From an uncultured bacterium (GTDB lineage Bacteria; CG03; CAZUQH01): a stretch of 43,799 nt of DNA. Within the stretch, counting starts at the first letter, position 1, and each line of letters starts with the position of its first letter. Of this stretch, positions 42,601 to 43,799 are shown piece by piece. Under the pieces are notes generated by a model. That model saw only the letters and a program-made list of their open reading frames with translations, searched no databases and had not been told where the DNA came from. The stretch covers positions 1 to 43,799 of the forward strand of contig CAZUQH010000005.1 in the NCBI GenBank assembly GCA_964622465.1, read 5' to 3'. A program made the translations under genes and the position numbers.

Positions 42601-42891
42601 ACGTGGTCTTGACTGGTACGCAGCAACCCGGTCATCTTTGCCAAAAATAGCACCAAGGTCATTTGCAGGATGACCAGCCCAGGGATTAGTATTCTTGTAG
42701 TCAATTGATTCTGGTGCGAGTTCCCATCTTTGAATCCCTGCCCTGCTTGGCATCGGCCAGTATATCGGCTGATGAAGGTGCCAGTGGTTTACATAATGAA
42801 GAGCGTCAGTTGCAGAAAATGCAGTTGCGGTGCATACAAGGAGAGTAGCCAGACTGGAGAGAATATAGCAGCGATTCCGAATTCTTCTCAT
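36628..42891 (-). CDS. giant secreted protein with two GH57 catalytic modules separated by FN3/CBM domains (2087 aa to a premature-looking stop)
   Basis: Signal MRRIRNRCYILSSLATLLVCTATAFSA. Module 1 (about nt 41302-42804): VNHWHLHQPIYWP, FHHPFFPLL, GFWPLELAFS, LAHDGDNAWGG. Module 2 (about nt 36727-38079): AFIYHGNQS, GRVAIIGGVLAEHIMPYF, FWIPERVV, LVFDDWEAYSG, ACEGSYDNWYWG. At least five FN3 signatures, a CBM20-like segment and a CBM9-like segment lie between them. Confidence 0.8.
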   Translation of the reverse strand: MRRIRNRCYILSSLATLLVCTATAFSATDALHYVNHWHLHQPIYWPMPSRAGIQRWELAPESIDYKNTNPWAGHPANDLGAIFGKDDRVAAYQSRPRDALSTITSYPEAGFTVSYTGALAMNVKALGDQYRLGYSPDWKTPWREARGWTTVGGKSRMNIVLTGFHHPFFPLLPDDTVARRYIQLYKAIYGEAWGTAVPMSTGFWPLELAFSERMIPILKSEGINWTYVANSHLSRCLSNWPATPGNGMNTEPPNKAGQSNGTGSVWRNASIDGRPTTNELRFSYRPHYAQYIDPETGTPSKIIVVPCADYEGYVDGYSAFPVDLFDAIAQAAEVGKPPLVVLAHDGDNAWGGGYDSYMTNTPNKASGASARGYVPSTTEEYLANFPVDVNDIVHVEDGSWVNADSDFGSPTFSNWNWPWVKNNYPDKPTFDPVNSWDDNSQYWAIMTAVSNRVLTAESYVGAPNINNILHPEVTSNNVEKAWHYLLGFADSGHIYYGTSSDFTFIPIVAGNKACDFADAVIGEGELSAGASDTVPPTVWVPQRFPYNPGSLNYGVAYNWKSWTYPCDFDVFTFVYDASGLSSVKLKYRTATGANTTPIAPDNYTYSGGTAVSAWQEITMSSGTWPVKVYLNETLQDPPPCTPKYLPLRYWAHVNVGTNKLVDYYIEAVDKKGNVRKTAIQHVWVGDASFEETSGLWTPQNPTSDQQVTIFGSQLGKPGKLHWGVNGWTHPSSEYWPTNSTTTVYDSLSVETQLLFNGTSYYITLGPFMGSQPVSEINFCFHWDDNTWDNNGGADWKIIVSPADTNPPPAPQRLTPTAKNQAIDLSWEQVTGVSLAGYNIYEWNVAGSTYVKLASLVTWTTGYTVTVSTPSGNPLVNGTTYTYAVTSQKSTGLNVESAYSSPVTTAPVATDNIPPQTPEGIVGWGGVEKVNLSWTKNLETDLASYRIYRSTYSCPFGEKTFVASILPPGTTHQDTGLTGGCTYYYQLTSMDNNINESPAASELAVVAQVVPPPSQPQGLKAVAGNQKIDLSWNANSEADLAGYNLWCSTTAGYFLVNTGLITSTTYCHTSLVNGVTHYYKLTAVNDSGGESAYSSVVWAVPQSLIEVVFQVDMRGVAGVSSVAIAQNVLAPTWSTTYYAMTEQTGNLTGVWKITLSLAPGVELQYKYVMNGTTRESDFGTAPDNNRKITIAANNGPKMYVSNKWNVAGDPIPLVPVNLRATDNASGVLLNWDPNIEYDLEKYNIYRSTFDPNLNYSYLASATSTSWQVTGLVTGQTYYFKIDAQDLAGQKSGLIGPVQAIAGEDLAPQAPTGLALSAKNQAIEVRWNANTEPDLAGYFVRHGTATGEYPYSSSLIAPTTTFYVISGLTNWTTYYVVVRASDTAGNISAPSTEKSATPYEAPTFEERTIDGNFLDWKFSDVRALDPYEDTYNFGDGYDTSRDIVALYSREGQNNYYFRVDFHELGIYAENGYLDLYILIDCAPGGQNWLPDFTDTQTDLLWEVAICLYDATNYNVYNSTGGVFNDAFQGASFRSDLDSVGLAIRKSVLENAGWSPGSALNIQCFTTKDGTENGPGEITGSDVVDAIGATIDRAGGFLYGGVSSTATTGRAKYAFIYHGNQSLNKAKDIRDWIYREETNHTPTGYSRGLDAVENYGVKANIHVSGTLASAIEWAQPLFNDRIPDLAAQGRVAIIGGVLAEHIMPYFEDNAAAGLFVNSKAIQDGTSVLMSIYDLTTQPEVFWIPERVVRGQTFADILTNHETGNPTGYTATVLDDRYHMKDWFGMPDSQRFKLHKINGVYVFLINGIDARLGLPPGGDQEPDGTKFWNQDSGLHIETRKLLNRLARDQDQQQLVLVFDDWEAYSGRSFTSELPNDNADNWDKTVKWLASHQWIETVTLEDILSRGWTAIDHGTNISLPVKTYDWLTHACEGSYDNWYWGSSFEQSFANRVPVVRSGVPLPSGKTYGHINSAGTLLRDTWNSIKNAPSNQLKDYAGMVFNTLTYETAWHDEDSTDKFGPADTTYDAISGWALALHGHIRYAVIISSAARWAQEVSDGQWNSVLACSVDIDLDGEPEYVLKNNKVFAVFGRK

Positions 42892-43040
42892 TTACTTATG
42901 GTTGCCAAACTGAAGAAAGATTGCGAGAAAATTTCACCCAGAATAGGTGTAACAATTCTATTGCACGAGCAATATCCGTGGCAAGACCACGTACAAAGAT
43001 ATTAATAACTCTGCTTAAAAATACGTCTGTCAAAGTCACC

Positions 43041-43712
43041 TCAGTATCTCGGCCGTATATACAGAACACTTACATTACACATTCCTACGCTGCCGTTACT
43101 TGTATAATAATATGTTTCTATCTTCTTGACACCGTCCCATGTAACATTTTGCCAGGAACCTTCTGCATAAGTCTCGTCTGTGCTGGTTATTGAGATCCAA
43201 GTACCCCATTCGTCATTTGTTACATTCTTCCAATTGTAGGATGTGGTTTCCCCAGATGTATTATTATTACCCCATACAACAATTTTCACCTGGATTCTAC
43301 CCCCTGGAGAGATATCAGTTCCATTGACTATACAGTGACTCCAGGGGACAGCCGTAGCGGAACCACTGGTTGTTGTCTGGTTAGAGCTACCCTTATATAG
43401 AGGCACGCAAGTGACAGGCGGATTAGTACCAAGATACGCACCAGCAACATAGACATGTGAAGAGAACTTGGTTGCATAATTGGAATTATCATCACTTATG
43501 TAGCGAGAAGTTTGTGATGCACCAAGGTAAAAGTTATCTACTACTCTTGCATTACTTTTTAAGGTAGTATTTCCTGTGATGTAACTCTCACCACTTCCAT
43601 CAATCTGTAAAGCCGTCGCAGCATACATATTTTCTGTCATCGCTCCGATAAAAAACACCAACAAGTGGAGTAAAACAACTTTTTCAAATCTAACTTTATT
43701 AGAATTAAACAT
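43041..43712 (-). CDS. small secreted protein of unknown function, paralog of 35332-36087
   Basis: ATG 43712 lies 8 nt after AAGGAGG (43721-43727). N-terminus MFNSNKVRFEKVVLLHLLVFFIGAMTENMYA. Conserved block DNFYLGASQTSRYISDDNSNYATKFSSHVYV. Confidence 0.7.
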   Translation of the reverse strand: MFNSNKVRFEKVVLLHLLVFFIGAMTENMYAATALQIDGSGESYITGNTTLKSNARVVDNFYLGASQTSRYISDDNSNYATKFSSHVYVAGAYLGTNPPVTCVPLYKGSSNQTTTSGSATAVPWSHCIVNGTDISPGGRIQVKIVVWGNNNTSGETTSYNWKNVTNDEWGTWISITSTDETYAEGSWQNVTWDGVKKIETYYYTSNGSVGMCNVSVLYIRPRY

Positions 43713-43768
43713 TTCGACCACCTCCTTCTCTTTCGCTGGTTCTGCAATTCACCATCTTATCTATATTT

Positions 43769-43798
43769 ATTTTACCATATCCTCCAGGTCTACGTCAA
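43769..43798 (-). promoter_or_regulatory. candidate sigma70-type promoter at the head of the minus-strand array
   Basis: On the minus strand: TTGACG (43798-43793), 18-nt spacer, TAAAAT (43774-43769). It lies about 55 nt upstream of the first ATG. The promoter consensus of the host lineage is unknown. Confidence 0.3.
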
Positions 43799-43799
43799 T

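Noticed and set aside
43005-43033. Internal promoter (TTGACA at 43033-43028 on the minus strand) upstream of the GH57 giant
   Set aside because: A perfect -35 hexamer, but at 17-nt spacing the -10 is AGTTAT. Better A/T hexamers fall at 19-20 nt. Not convincing.
1-43799. CRISPR arrays, tRNA, rRNA or tmRNA genes
   Set aside because: No regularly spaced direct repeats and no T-loop/GTTCGAAT-like tRNA signatures were seen by eye. Non-coding space is under 3% of the window. tRNAscan, Infernal or a CRISPR finder would be needed to be definitive.

Overview
Bacterial, metagenome-like window read in the standard genetic code. All family calls come from reading the translations and from memory of the families; no searches were run.

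Left ~2.4 kb:
- A 5'-truncated HepT-like HEPN toxin gene.
- An IS607-family element with a frameshifted serine-recombinase tnpA, an intact tnpB and a probable omega-RNA at its right end.
- The element abuts the start of a cytoplasmic amylo-alpha-1,6-glucosidase (glycogen debranching) gene on the plus strand.

The remaining ~39 kb (4457-43712) is one uninterrupted minus-strand array of about 21 genes. It appears devoted to extracellular alpha-glucan (starch, glycogen, pullulan) capture, breakdown and import. In transcription order:
1. A small secreted protein.
2. A 2087-aa protein with two GH57 modules. Its C-terminal sorting domain lies in a +1 frame after a premature stop.
3. A paralogous small secreted protein.
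4. A 2611-aa divergent GH13 multidomain protein.
5. A free-standing copy of that protein's C-terminal module.
6. Three FN3/CBM surface proteins with T9SS-style C-terminal domains, each followed by a PorV-like small beta-barrel. A MalEFG-like ABC importer without an ATPase gene sits before the third pair.
7. Two paralogous large orphan beta-barrels.
8. Two CBM48 lipoproteins.
9. A canonical secreted GH13.
10. A canonical secreted GH57.

No SusC/SusD pair, TonB-dependent receptor, maltoporin or regulator was recognised in the array. A family of GC-rich palindromic repeats sits at several gene junctions. No rRNA, tRNA or CRISPR array was seen. The T9SS-type sorting domains suggest an FCB-superphylum diderm; this is inference only.

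The best candidate for a new system is the starch-utilisation machinery built on repeated 'CTD cargo + dedicated PorV-like barrel' pairs, together with the orphan barrels.
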